A DNA stretch of 44,476 nucleotides from a bacterium (GCA_021806125.1 JAJZYC010000001.1:1-44476); one strand, 5' to 3'. Counted from the stretch's first letter, positions 28,734 to 38,733 are shown. Notes: generated from the letters alone by a model not told the origin. Numbers and translations: made by a program.

Positions 28734-29468
28734 ATGTCCGGTCACAGCAAATGGAGCACCATTAAAAGAAAGAAAGGCGCTTTAGACGCAAAAAGAGGCA
28801 GGATTTTTACAAATATAATACGCGAAATCATCACAAGCACCAGAATAGGCGGAAAAGATATTTCGTCTAATCCTCGTCTCAGGCTTGCCGTCGATGAAGC
28901 AAAAGCCGCCAATATGCCAAAAGAAAACATAGAAAGGGCAATTAAGAAAGGCGCCGGTGAACTAGAAGGCGAAACATACGAAGAGATAATATATGAAGGA
29001 TATGGACCTGCAGGAGTAGCCCTCCTTATTGAAACGCTTACGGATAACAGAAACAGGACGGTTTCGGAAGTAAGGCACGCTCTTTCTAGGCATGGCGGAA
29101 GTCTCGGCGAATCGGGCTGTGTTATGTGGATGTTCAATAAAAAAGGCGTAATAGGATTCGATGCGGCATCCAATACCGAGGACGCTATAATGGAAATTGC
29201 CTTAGAGGCGGGAGCCGAAGACGTAAAAACCGAAGAAGACGAAATTCTTGTTTACAGCGACGTAAAAGATTTCGAGAACGTAAAATCCGTTTTTGAGACT
29301 AAAGGAATAAAGGAAAAATTTTCAGAAATTTCATACATTCCGCAGACCAATATCGAGCTTAAAGGAAAAGAAGCCGACCAGATGGTAAGGCTTATGGACG
29401 CGCTCGAAGAAATAGAAGGAATTCAGAATATTTACGCAAATTTCGACATACAGGAAGCCGAGAGTTAA
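28734..29468 (+). CDS. yebC: YebC/PmpR-family transcriptional regulator
   Basis: 244 aa. MSGHSKWSTIKRKKGALDAKRG..IYEGYGPAGVA, the hallmark N-terminus of the family. Sits upstream of ruvC as in many bacteria. Confidence 0.93.
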   Translation: MSGHSKWSTIKRKKGALDAKRGRIFTNIIREIITSTRIGGKDISSNPRLRLAVDEAKAANMPKENIERAIKKGAGELEGETYEEIIYEGYGPAGVALLIETLTDNRNRTVSEVRHALSRHGGSLGESGCVMWMFNKKGVIGFDAASNTEDAIMEIALEAGAEDVKTEEDEILVYSDVKDFENVKSVFETKGIKEKFSEISYIPQTNIELKGKEADQMVRLMDALEEIEGIQNIYANFDIQEAES

Positions 29469-29527
29469 GCCGGCTATATATATAGTATTTGCCTTGAACC
29501 GGAATTACTTATGCAGGATTTTGAGTT

Positions 29528-30046
29528 ATGGGCTATCGAATTTTAGGGGTTGACCCCGGGTCGAGATTGACGGGTTGGGCTGTTTTAGACCTGCCTTCTT
29601 TCGGCAAACCCTTCGATATAATATCATGCGGTTTGATAGACGCAGGGAAAAACAAGTTTCCTTCGAATCTCGGCAAAATTTACGATGAGCTTAAGGAAGT
29701 CGCCCTTCAATATCCGCCGGACATTATGTCTTTAGAATCGGTCTTTTCCGGCATAAACCCGTCGTCATTGATTAAGCTGTCGCAGGCAAGAGGCGTAATA
29801 TGCCTGCTCTCGTCGGCTTTGAACATAAAACTCAAAGAATATTCTCCAAGATTCGTTAAAAAAAGCATCTCCGGTTATGGAGATGCCGATAAAAGCCAGA
29901 TGAAAGATGCCCTGAAGCTTATTTGCGCCTCTAACGGCGCTAACGTAACGGAGTTTTTAAACCAAAATCTTGACGATAATATATCGGATGCGCTTTCGAT
30001 TGCAGTTTGCTGTGCTACCGATATGGCGAATTTCGTTAGTATATAA
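29528..30046 (+). CDS. ruvC: Holliday junction resolvase RuvC
   Basis: 172 aa. ILGVDPGSRLTGWAV (catalytic Asp), ESVF.., and C-terminal SDALSIAVC (catalytic Asp region). Confidence 0.9.
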   Translation: MGYRILGVDPGSRLTGWAVLDLPSFGKPFDIISCGLIDAGKNKFPSNLGKIYDELKEVALQYPPDIMSLESVFSGINPSSLIKLSQARGVICLLSSALNIKLKEYSPRFVKKSISGYGDADKSQMKDALKLICASNGANVTEFLNQNLDDNISDALSIAVCCATDMANFVSI

Positions 30047-30058
30047 TTATATATAAAA

Positions 30059-30823
30059 ATGATAGCATTTTTGCGCGGAACGTTAATTTACAGAGATATT
30101 GAAAAGTCGCTTATTATTTTAGAAACGGGCGGGGTAGGATACGAGGTATATATGCCGATGCCGAATTTTGAAAAAAATTCTGCATACGTAAACGAAGGCA
30201 TGGATTTGAGCCTTTTTATCCACACCTACGTCAGGGAAGACAGAATAACGCTTTACGGTTTCGATACGAGGCTTCAGAGGGAAATTTTTTCGCTTCTTTT
30301 GGACGTAAAAGACGTCGGCCCGAAACTTGCCGTTACCATCCTTTCCAGCATAGATGCCGGAAATCTGATAAATATCCTGACTATGCAGGATATATCAGCT
30401 CTCTGCGCCATTAAAGGCATAGGGCAGTCTAAAGCAGAACGGATAATAATGGAGCTGAAGAATAAAATACTAAAGAAATCGGCGGCGTTTAACGATATAA
30501 AAGCTAGAGACATCAGCATAAAGAACAGTAAATACAGGGAAAGCGAAGATGCAAATTTAAATTCGGAAAAATTACGACTGACTCCGGAAAATAAAAACGG
30601 AGGCGAGATAATAAACCGGTCAATAACCGCTGAAAAACAGCCCTCCGATATAATAATGGAATCCGCTCAGGCGCTTGAGGCGCTCGGCTATTCGAGGCTC
30701 GATTCCTTTAACCTTGCAAGCAAGGTGTTCAGCGCGGTTAAATCCGAAGGAAACATTCCGGCCGCCACCGAAGATTTAACTAAGGAATGCTTAAGGCATA
30801 TATATTCCAAGAAAAATTTATAA
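30059..30823 (+). CDS. ruvA: Holliday junction DNA helicase RuvA (with an extended domain II-III linker)
   Basis: 254 aa. MIAFLRGTL..GGVGYEV, HhH region LLDVKDVGPKLAV..IKGIGQSKAERI, C-terminal domain III ALEALGY. Confidence 0.9.
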   Translation: MIAFLRGTLIYRDIEKSLIILETGGVGYEVYMPMPNFEKNSAYVNEGMDLSLFIHTYVREDRITLYGFDTRLQREIFSLLLDVKDVGPKLAVTILSSIDAGNLINILTMQDISALCAIKGIGQSKAERIIMELKNKILKKSAAFNDIKARDISIKNSKYRESEDANLNSEKLRLTPENKNGGEIINRSITAEKQPSDIIMESAQALEALGYSRLDSFNLASKVFSAVKSEGNIPAATEDLTKECLRHIYSKKNL

Positions 30824-30831
30824 ATATCATT

Positions 30832-31923
30832 ATGGCATCGTTCAAAAAAGAATTTAAAAGCGCGGAAGACGAAAAAATTACGAAAAATGCGTCTGAAAAT
30901 GCGGACGATGCGGTGTCTCCAGTTTCTCCTGAAAAAGATGAGGCGGGCGATTTCGACAACCCCGTAAGGCCGCTATCATTCGACGAATACATAGGGCAGA
31001 CGAAATTAAAGAAAAATCTCCTTATTTTTATAAACGCATCTAAAAAAAGGGCCTCGAACCTTGGACATCACGACCTAGACCACCTGCTGTTTTTCGGACC
31101 TCCCGGCCTCGGCAAGACCACACTTGCGGGAATTATAGCGAAAGAACTCGGCGTAAACATTAAAATAACGTCGGGGCCTTCGATAGAAAAGGCGGGCGAT
31201 ATAGCCGCTCTTTTATCAGCCGTTTCCAACGGCGATATAATCTTTATCGACGAAATACACAGGTTGCCTAAGCCTGCCGCAGAAATGCTTTATCCAGCCA
31301 TGGAAGATTTTAAGCTCGACATCATAATAGGCGAGGGCGCAACGGCTAAATCCATAAGAATAAATCTGCCGCGGTTCACTCTTGTAGGCGCTACGACCAG
31401 AGCCGGGCTTATCCCGTCGCCCTTGAGGGACAGGTTCGGTTTTACCGCCCGCCTTGAATATTATGATGAGAAAGAACTTGCCGGTATAGTAGCCAGAAGC
31501 GCAAAACTTTACGGCATAGGTATCGAAAACGCCGCCGCCGTCGAAATAGCCCGCCGTTCCAGAGGAACGCCCAGGATAGCCAACAGGCTTTTAAGGAGGC
31601 TCAGGGATTATATGGCGCATCTTAAAGAAGACCGCATAACGCTTGAGGTTGCGAAATTCGGCATCGAAAGCCTCGGAATAGATGAACTCGGTTTGGACGC
31701 CAACGATATTCTTTTTTTAAAAACAGTTATCGAAAAATTTGGAGGCGGACCCGTCGGCATCGAAACTATAGCGCAGGCTATGAACGACGAGAAAGACACA
31801 CTCGAAGACGTCGTCGAGCCTTATCTTGTCGCCTGCGGATTTATACAGCGTTCTAAAAAAGGAAGGGTAGCTACGGAACTTGCATACAGACACTTCGGGT
31901 TAATAAAAGAAGATTCGCTGTGA
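30832..31923 (+). CDS. ruvB: Holliday junction DNA helicase RuvB
   Basis: The track ORF opens at 30787, inside ruvA. The ATG at 30832 (MASFKKEF), 9 nt after the ruvA stop, is more plausible. RPLSFDEYIGQ, Walker A GPPGLGKTTLA, Walker B FIDEIHRL, sensor GATTRAG, RGTPRIANRLLRR. Confidence 0.93.
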   Translation: MASFKKEFKSAEDEKITKNASENADDAVSPVSPEKDEAGDFDNPVRPLSFDEYIGQTKLKKNLLIFINASKKRASNLGHHDLDHLLFFGPPGLGKTTLAGIIAKELGVNIKITSGPSIEKAGDIAALLSAVSNGDIIFIDEIHRLPKPAAEMLYPAMEDFKLDIIIGEGATAKSIRINLPRFTLVGATTRAGLIPSPLRDRFGFTARLEYYDEKELAGIVARSAKLYGIGIENAAAVEIARRSRGTPRIANRLLRRLRDYMAHLKEDRITLEVAKFGIESLGIDELGLDANDILFLKTVIEKFGGGPVGIETIAQAMNDEKDTLEDVVEPYLVACGFIQRSKKGRVATELAYRHFGLIKEDSL

Positions 31924-32057
31924 ACTATTATGCTCATTATGACGGCAAATGTATGTGAATAATAGTTCGCATATTACTTTAGAGCAATACGGTATAAAGC
32001 CTTCCGCCTATTCTCAATAAATCTAACTTATTGATTTTCTTAAATGAAACAGAACAA

Positions 32058-32094
32058 TAAAAGGGGACAGATTTAAAATCTGCCCCCTTTTATA
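32058..32094 (+). terminator. Rho-independent terminator after ruvB
   Basis: AAAAGGGGACAGAT-TTAAA-ATCTGCCCCCTTTT, a GC-rich stem with one mismatch followed by a T-rich tail. Confidence 0.65.
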
Positions 32095-32107
32095 CTTTTA
32101 TACATTA

Positions 32108-32123
32108 TGGCATATTTATTGCA
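32108..32123 (+). promoter_or_regulatory. Sigma-54-type -24/-12 promoter candidate upstream of lpxC
   Basis: TGGCATATTTATTGCA. The GG and GC dinucleotides sit at the canonical spacing (TGGCAC-N5-TTGCA). About 48 nt upstream of the lpxC ATG. Confidence 0.45.
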
Positions 32124-32170
32124 AATAAAAATTTGTATTTTATATTTATTTTTTAGAGGCTTAATTAATC

Positions 32171-33151
32171 ATGGAAAACTATGCGGTATTAAAAGAAGAA
32201 AAAAACGAACCTCAATGCACTGTTTTAAATGTACTTTATTTTAAAGGGATAGGACTTCATACAGGAAAAGAGGCATCCATAGTAGTAAAGCCGTCGAAAG
32301 CCGATTCCGGCATAACGTTCGTCAGGAAAGACTTGAATCCCAACATAATAATAAAAGCTAAAGCGGACAACGTGTGTTCGACTTTGCTTAGAACCAGTAT
32401 AGGGCTTAAAAAGGAAGGGAACGCCAAAGATGTTTCGGGATGTATTTCCACCGTCGAACACTTGATGTCGGCGCTGTGGGGCGCGGGAATAGACAACGCT
32501 TTAATAGAAGTTTACGGATGCGAAATTCCGGCTATGGACGGAAGCGCAAGGGTTTTTTACGAATCTTTTTACGAAAGCGGCATCAAAGAACTTAACGCAA
32601 AAAGAAAATACATCGAAATACTTAAACCGATTACCGTGGAAAGCGAAAGCGAAGGTAAAGGCTCATCTATTTCCGTATATCCTTCCGAAGATTTTGAAAT
32701 ATCCTACGATATGGACTTTAACCATCCGTTAGTACAGTCCGGTTCGTTCGATATGAAAATAGACGGGTTCAATTTTTACGGCGAAATTTCAAAGGCAAGA
32801 ACGTTCGGATTTTTAAAAGACGTCGAATATTTAAAAAAGAACGGCCTTGCATTGGGCGGCAGTTTGGATAATGCTTTAGTGCTTGACGAAATATCAGTCC
32901 TTAATAAAGAAGGTTTGAGATACAAAGACGAGTTCATAAGACATAAAGTTCTGGACTTAATAGGCGATTTATATCTTTCCGGCTACAGAATCAAAGGAAG
33001 GGTGCTGGCAAAAAAGACGGGGCACGATATGAATTCAAAAATAGTAAAAAAAATAGGAGAGCGTTTAATGAACATTCCGTTTACAGTGGAAAAAAAGGAA
33101 GGTAACGGTTTTATTAATGTAAGTAATTCCGCTGCAACTGTTTTTGCATAA
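32171..33151 (+). CDS. lpxC: UDP-3-O-acyl-N-acetylglucosamine deacetylase
   Basis: 326 aa. GIGLHTGK, VEHLMSALWGAGIDN, PAMDGSA, ARTFGF, GGSLDNALV and HKVLDLIGDL are classic LpxC motifs. Confidence 0.94.
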   Translation: MENYAVLKEEKNEPQCTVLNVLYFKGIGLHTGKEASIVVKPSKADSGITFVRKDLNPNIIIKAKADNVCSTLLRTSIGLKKEGNAKDVSGCISTVEHLMSALWGAGIDNALIEVYGCEIPAMDGSARVFYESFYESGIKELNAKRKYIEILKPITVESESEGKGSSISVYPSEDFEISYDMDFNHPLVQSGSFDMKIDGFNFYGEISKARTFGFLKDVEYLKKNGLALGGSLDNALVLDEISVLNKEGLRYKDEFIRHKVLDLIGDLYLSGYRIKGRVLAKKTGHDMNSKIVKKIGERLMNIPFTVEKKEGNGFINVSNSAATVFA

Positions 33152-33224
33152 GAATTATCCGCATATTAGAATATTTGAATAGTTTAATATATAATAAATT
33201 TTTCTTAAAAATTATTAATTTTTC

Positions 33225-33253
33225 TTGACAAGTTTACTGTATATATGATAACT
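33225..33253 (+). promoter_or_regulatory. Sigma-70-type promoter (extended -10) upstream of the OMP gene
   Basis: TTGACA (33225-33230), 17-nt spacer ending in TG, ATAACT (33248-33253). This leaves a 5' UTR of about 100 nt before the strong RBS AAGGAGG. Confidence 0.4.
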
Positions 33254-33362
33254 TTTAATTTAAGTTTTTGTTTTAAGCGTTAACGAAGGAAGTTTGACAG
33301 GGGGCTATTGAGTTATTAAGATTAAGAAAAATTTAAAAATCTAAATTACCAAGGAGGTAAAG

Positions 33363-35060
33363 ATGAAAAAAAGATTTTCTTTGCCGGCATTAGTTATTAC
33401 AGTTGCAATTGCCGGTTTATTAACGTTAACAATGACGACTTCGTCTTATGCAGCGGCGCAGGCAGCTAATAAAGGAGTTTCATTTTCTCTGAGCGGCCAG
33501 TATATCGCAAGGGGATTCTGGGCGCAAAACCAAACGGAAGATTTTAATTCAAGCGCTGGTTTTCCTACAAACAACAGCTTTCAGGCTTTTACCCAGAGAT
33601 TAAGATTGAACGCAGCGCTTAACTATGGAACTGCCGGGGGCGGAATGCCTCTCGCAAGCATTTTGACGCAGTTTGATTTAACCAACGACTACAATCCGAC
33701 AGGTCTTGCTCCTAACGGATACGGCACGAACGGCTGGAGCACTTTAGGTTATACTGCCGCTCCGACGGGGTTTAACCATGATTTTAACACCTTCGGCTTG
33801 AGGCAGGCTTACCTTCGTTTAGTATCGCCTGTAGGCATGTGGATGGTCGGGCGTATGCCGGTTAAGTTCGGTTTGGGCATAGCGGTCAATACAAATGCCG
33901 ACGGATTGGGTGATTTTCTTCCCTTAAGCTCTGCAGATTTAGGCGTATTTCTCGGGGTTTTAATCGGTAACGAGACTACTTCGTATTCTTATTACCCTGC
34001 TACTGCTACCGGAGGAAATCAATATCCTGCGATTGCTACTCCCGCGATAAGCCCTTATTATACTCATATTCAGATGGGCACGATACCGACGCTCGAAGTT
34101 ATGATGCTTAAGCCCGTCAATCATTTTACGGGAAGCCTGTGGCTGACGGAAGCCCACTTAAACCAATTTACCGCTTTACCCGGTCCCTTCTATAATTCTA
34201 CTACAGGAACTTTTAATACGAGTGTCGATGAGAGCATATATTATCCTACAGCAAACGTAACATTCGGAGGACTATCGGGAACATATAACAGCGGGAAAGG
34301 AACTATAGTAAAAGGCGAATTTGATTATTTCAGGGGGCATATAATTGCTTCAAATGCTGCACTTAGCGGAATTCCAGCCGGATACACAGTTGCAGATATT
34401 TGTTCGGCATATCCTACCCAATGTCCTGTGCCTGTTATACCGTCAGGCAGCAACCAGTACGATGCGGTCAGCTCTTACGACTTATATTTAAGCGGTTCTC
34501 AGGCGATTAACGCCTCGATGCCTTTAACTTTAGGGGTTAAATTTGGAATAGGCGCTCCTATTGCAAACGGAGATTACAACTTTACATACTATTCTATGCA
34601 ACAGAATACAAGGACGCTTTTCGGAAATGTTCTAGGCAGCAATTGGCAGCCTATCATGATGTCGTCGCCTGGAATAGCCTATATATATACCTCAGCAAGC
34701 GCAACTGGAGCCAACCTTGCAAATAAGTGGGATCTTATGGTAGATTTAACCGAGCATCTTGGGAACGGAAATTCCCTCGAGGAAGCTGTCGTTCACGAGT
34801 CGTGGCTTAAAACGAGCATGAATATAACAGGCAATAATTACTCAACTCAGATGTTCGGCGGGTCAAATATAGGCAACGAATTCGACCTTGACTTTACGCA
34901 TCATTTTACAAAAACTTTAGCATGGCAGGCGTGGGGCGGATATGTGTGGACCGGAAGCGGCGTAGATTCATACAGTGCTACTTCAACTGGCGGAGTACCA
35001 TCCACAGCCACTCATAAAGATATTACGGCTCTTGGAACCGCCGTTATATTTAATTTCTAA
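33363..35060 (+). CDS. Outer-membrane beta-barrel protein (porin-like), function unknown
   Basis: 565 aa. Signal peptide ending SYAAAQA, composition rich in G/T/S/Y/N with alternating hydrophobic residues, and a C-terminal aromatic residue (..AVIFNF), the OMP insertion signature. Confidence 0.6.
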   Translation: MKKRFSLPALVITVAIAGLLTLTMTTSSYAAAQAANKGVSFSLSGQYIARGFWAQNQTEDFNSSAGFPTNNSFQAFTQRLRLNAALNYGTAGGGMPLASILTQFDLTNDYNPTGLAPNGYGTNGWSTLGYTAAPTGFNHDFNTFGLRQAYLRLVSPVGMWMVGRMPVKFGLGIAVNTNADGLGDFLPLSSADLGVFLGVLIGNETTSYSYYPATATGGNQYPAIATPAISPYYTHIQMGTIPTLEVMMLKPVNHFTGSLWLTEAHLNQFTALPGPFYNSTTGTFNTSVDESIYYPTANVTFGGLSGTYNSGKGTIVKGEFDYFRGHIIASNAALSGIPAGYTVADICSAYPTQCPVPVIPSGSNQYDAVSSYDLYLSGSQAINASMPLTLGVKFGIGAPIANGDYNFTYYSMQQNTRTLFGNVLGSNWQPIMMSSPGIAYIYTSASATGANLANKWDLMVDLTEHLGNGNSLEEAVVHESWLKTSMNITGNNYSTQMFGGSNIGNEFDLDFTHHFTKTLAWQAWGGYVWTGSGVDSYSATSTGGVPSTATHKDITALGTAVIFNF

Positions 35061-35106
35061 TAATTGCAAAGCAAAAGTCGATAGTTCAGGTTTAATAAGT
35101 GACTAT

Positions 35107-35149
35107 AAAACCCCCTGAAGCAAATAAGCTTCAGGGGGTTTTTATTTTT
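35107..35149 (+). terminator. Rho-independent terminator after the OMP gene
   Basis: AAAACCCCCTGAAGC-AAATAA-GCTTCAGGGGGTTTTTATTTTT, a perfect 11-bp stem with a T-run. Confidence 0.85.
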
Positions 35150-35195
35150 GTATAGCGGATTATTATAATTATAGGAGTAGCTTTTAGTACAGCTT

Positions 35196-35246
35196 AAAAG
35201 GCGGCGGCATTCTGTGTGGGAATTCACGACTGAATGCCGCCTTTAT
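35196..35246 (-). terminator. Terminator hairpin after the symporter gene (minus strand)
   Basis: GGCGGCATTC ... GAATGCCGCC inverted repeat. On the minus strand it is followed by CTTTT, 25-70 nt downstream of the stop at 35270. Confidence 0.6.
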
Positions 35247-35269
35247 AAAGAGCTATTAAAACTTTGTAA

Positions 35270-36775
35270 TTACTGTTTCCTGAAGGCTCCGGCAACAATG
35301 GACCAACACACGGTAACGGCAAGATTTAAAATAAGCGCAATGAGCGCTACATACAGTAATCCGTACGGTGTTTTCATAAAGGTAGTAACTATCGCATGTC
35401 CCGCGTTGGCCCGAAGCACGAAATATATGCCAGAAAATGTTCCTACAAACCAGCCTGCAATCAAAGCGTTTTTGTCTAACCATTTCGTGTATAAACCTAT
35501 AAATATAGGTGGAAGGGTCTGCACTATAAGTATCCCTCCAAGTAGTTGAAGCTGTATCGAATATGTTTCGGGAACTAAAAAAACAAAACCTAATGCTAGA
35601 AACTTAAAAATTACCGACGACCATTTTGCTATTTTAGTTTCCGATTCGCTGCTAAGGCTAGGTACAAATTCTTTTATAACATTTCTAGTCAAAAGGTTAG
35701 CCTGGGATATAGCCATAATTGCCGCCGGCACTAATCCTCCGATGAAAATCCCCAGAAAAGCGAAACCTGTAAACCACGAAGGCATCGTAGATTGAATTAA
35801 AGCAGGAACAACGAGGGTTCCATTACTCCCTACCGTTTTTAGCGCTTCCGGAACGGCATATACAAGTACTCCGAATAATGCAAGGAAAGCAAGCCCGAGA
35901 CCGTATATAGGCAAAAGCGCAGTACTCAATCTGACGCTTTTGGCGCTTTTGGCGCTCAGCACGCCGTTAATAGCATGAGGATAAAGATACAGGGCAAACG
36001 CGCTCAATATAAACAGGCTTATATATGCATTGACGAGCACCGGCGGCAGAGTCGCGTAATCCACCGGAGGCTTTTTCCCCGCCCCCATATGTCCCGCGAC
36101 CGCAAAGGCATGAGAAAAACCGCCGTAAGCGAGAGGAACAAAAATTATAATAACTATAACCGTTATTAAAATTATTACGTCTTTCATAACGGCGGTTAGA
36201 ACCGCCCCCCTGATTCCGCTCCAGTAGGTAAATACGGCAAGTATTACAAATGAAATTATCAGGGCGGTTTCACTGATAGTCTTAACGTCCCCGAACGGCA
36301 GAAGCATAACCTGAAGTACGGCTCTCATACCGACTATCTGTAGAGCTATATAAGGCAGTTCTGCCACAATTCCCGTAAGGGCAATCAATACGGCAAGCGT
36401 TTTACTGTTAAATTTGTCTCTTACGAAATCGACCGCGGTTATGTAGCCTTTCTCTTTAGAAACTTTCCATAGGCTCGGCATTACCACCATGGCCATTCCG
36501 AATGTAGCCATAACATAAGGAACCGCAAAAAAGAAAATGCTTCCTTTAGCGAATACGCCAGACGGTACAGCTATAAAAGTATAAGCCGTGTATATGTCTG
36601 CCCCTACTAAAAACCACATAAGGAAAGTGCCGATCTTATTGCCGGACAATGCCCATTCATGGAGAATATTCATATCCCCCTTTCTCCAGTTTGCGGCTTT
36701 AAAACCGATTATAACAAAAACCAGAAATAAAGCGGCAAAAACAAACAGTGTAATCATAGTATTTAGACTAATCAT
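35270..36775 (-). CDS. Sodium:solute symporter (SSS) family transporter
   Basis: 501 aa, about 13 predicted TM helices, G/A/P-rich helix motifs typical of SSF transporters. Preceded by a small 2-TM partner gene. Confidence 0.8.
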   Translation of the reverse strand: MISLNTMITLFVFAALFLVFVIIGFKAANWRKGDMNILHEWALSGNKIGTFLMWFLVGADIYTAYTFIAVPSGVFAKGSIFFFAVPYVMATFGMAMVVMPSLWKVSKEKGYITAVDFVRDKFNSKTLAVLIALTGIVAELPYIALQIVGMRAVLQVMLLPFGDVKTISETALIISFVILAVFTYWSGIRGAVLTAVMKDVIILITVIVIIIFVPLAYGGFSHAFAVAGHMGAGKKPPVDYATLPPVLVNAYISLFILSAFALYLYPHAINGVLSAKSAKSVRLSTALLPIYGLGLAFLALFGVLVYAVPEALKTVGSNGTLVVPALIQSTMPSWFTGFAFLGIFIGGLVPAAIMAISQANLLTRNVIKEFVPSLSSESETKIAKWSSVIFKFLALGFVFLVPETYSIQLQLLGGILIVQTLPPIFIGLYTKWLDKNALIAGWFVGTFSGIYFVLRANAGHAIVTTFMKTPYGLLYVALIALILNLAVTVCWSIVAGAFRKQ

Positions 36776-36981
36776 AGGTCGTCGCCTCCTTTTTCTTTAG
36801 AAATTAACCTTGAGGCAGCTGAGTATAATACTGTGGCTATAACGAGCCATAAGGTTTGAAACCAGTAGAAAAACGGCATTCCAAGAAACGTCGGCTCTAC
36901 CCGGTTATACAAAGGAACTGCGGCTAGAACTACTATGGGAATAATAATCAGTATTCCCGCCAATAGATAACCCTTTTTCAT
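36772..36981 (-). CDS. Small two-TM membrane protein, putative symporter accessory subunit (DUF3311-like)
   Basis: 69 aa with two hydrophobic helices. The stop overlaps the symporter start (ATGA at 36772-36775). RBS GGAGG at 36986-36990, upstream of the start. Confidence 0.6.
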   Translation of the reverse strand: MKKGYLLAGILIIIPIVVLAAVPLYNRVEPTFLGMPFFYWFQTLWLVIATVLYSAASRLISKEKGGDDL

Positions 36982-37151
36982 AAAATCCTCCCTGTGTTTA
37001 ATTAAAAATTATAATTTATAATTTTATATATATATTAAATATATTTAATTATCAAGCCAAAAAAACGCCTGAAATATTTAATTCCGATTCCGCACCGTAT
37101 TTCCGTTACATAATATAGATTTAAAACAACCGTTATGATAAAATTTTATAA

Positions 37152-38705
37152 ATGAAGATTATTGCCCATGCTATAAAAAATTTAAGCATTAAATGGAAAA
37201 TATTAATAGGGGCTTTTGCAGTTTTTTTCTTTACAATTTTTATCAGCGATGGAGTATTTCTTTATACCATTTATAAAACGCTCTCGTATCGCAACTACGT
37301 AAACGACGAAAGGCTGGCGGACAGTTTAATTCCGGAGATAGCTTATTCGCTGTATTATAATAAAGCCTCCAATGCGGGATATATAAAAAAAAATCTTCAA
37401 TACGATATAAAAAACTACAAAATCATAAAAGGAATAGGATTATATAACTATAAAGGAAAATTAACGGAAAAATGCGGCGTATTGTACGGCGATTATAAAA
37501 CAATAATAACAAATAAGAAAAACAATAAAGATAACGGCTATAATTCAGAGTTAATAAATATTATTAAGAATATGGAAGTTCAATTTACCCTTATGGGAAC
37601 TAACTTTTACGGATATAAAGGATATAAAAAGTCTTCCATGCAATATCCGATGCTCATTAAAAAAATTAAATACGGCGGCAAGCAATTAGGATTTGTATCT
37701 ATAGAGTTTAATTTAAAAAAAGAAATTAAATCTACCGATAACCGTGTTTTTTGGGTCGGAGTAAGATTTATGTCGATTGCTTTGTTTTTTGTAGCCGCCG
37801 GATTGATAATTTTTTATTATATATCGTCTATAATAACCAATCCGCTAAGCGATATAAAAGAAAATATAAAAAAAATAAAAGAAGGCGATTACGATATAAA
37901 TTTCGATAAGCGCTTTAACGACGAAATAGGCGACGTCATGGACGCTCTCGGCTCTATGGCGCTTTCGATAAAAGAGTATATTGCTGAGGTCGAATCGATG
38001 AATAAGGAAAAGAACGAGCTTTACTGCATGGCTGTAATGGGAGAGCTGTCGGCGAATATTGCGCACGAAGTTAAAAACGCAATATACGTTATTTCTTCGG
38101 CAAACGAATATATATCTCAGGAAACAAAGAATAAAATAGTACTTGAGTTTACGGGTATAATAAACAAAGAAGTTAAACGGTTAAATAAAATGTCAGTCGA
38201 GTTTTTAAGCTTTGCGAAACAGAGAAATCCTGTTTTTGCCGCCGTAGATATAAATAAGCTTCTTGAAGATTCTATAAGAATACTTAAATTTGAAGCTGAA
38301 AATTCTAAAATAAAATTGATTCAAAAGAATATTGATTATAATCTTCCGCCGGTTCGTGCGGATGCGGAAATGCTTAAACAAGTTATTTTAAATTTAATTA
38401 TTAACGCAATAGATAAAAAATATAGATCCGATAATAAGTTAATAGAAATAAGGGTGTTTTCAAAGAGGGGTTTCGTCAATATAGAAATTGCCGATAATGG
38501 AGAACCTATAACGGCGGAAAATATCTGGAAAATATTTAATCCGTTTTTTACGACTAAAAATGCCGGTTCCGGTCTCGGTCTTCCTATATCTTTGCGTATA
38601 GTTAAACTTCACGGCGGAAACATAAAAGTTTTTAGCGAAGAGGGTAAAACCGTTTTTACTATTATTATACCAGCCGGCAATGCAGGGAAGATAATAAATA
38701 ATTAA
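37152..38705 (+). CDS. Sensor histidine kinase (periplasmic sensor domain, HAMP, HisKA, HATPase)
   Basis: 517 aa. TM1 around residues 15-40, a domain of about 170 aa outside the membrane, TM2 (FMSIALFFVAAGLIIFYYI), a HAMP-like segment, H-box SANIAHEVKNAI, G-box GSGLGLPISLRI. Confidence 0.88.
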   Translation: MKIIAHAIKNLSIKWKILIGAFAVFFFTIFISDGVFLYTIYKTLSYRNYVNDERLADSLIPEIAYSLYYNKASNAGYIKKNLQYDIKNYKIIKGIGLYNYKGKLTEKCGVLYGDYKTIITNKKNNKDNGYNSELINIIKNMEVQFTLMGTNFYGYKGYKKSSMQYPMLIKKIKYGGKQLGFVSIEFNLKKEIKSTDNRVFWVGVRFMSIALFFVAAGLIIFYYISSIITNPLSDIKENIKKIKEGDYDINFDKRFNDEIGDVMDALGSMALSIKEYIAEVESMNKEKNELYCMAVMGELSANIAHEVKNAIYVISSANEYISQETKNKIVLEFTGIINKEVKRLNKMSVEFLSFAKQRNPVFAAVDINKLLEDSIRILKFEAENSKIKLIQKNIDYNLPPVRADAEMLKQVILNLIINAIDKKYRSDNKLIEIRVFSKRGFVNIEIADNGEPITAENIWKIFNPFFTTKNAGSGLGLPISLRIVKLHGGNIKVFSEEGKTVFTIIIPAGNAGKIINN

Positions 38706-38733
38706 CCGAAAAGCAAAAATAAAGAGCGGGCAT

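Noticed and set aside
32058-32094. The GGGGACAGAT..ATCTGCCCCC palindrome as an enhancer-binding site for the lpxC sigma-54-type promoter
   Set aside because: It lies only about 15-50 bp upstream of the -24 element. It is GC-rich with a trailing T-run just after ruvB, which fits an intrinsic terminator better, and it does not resemble the TTGTCCA-N4-TGGACAA palindrome.
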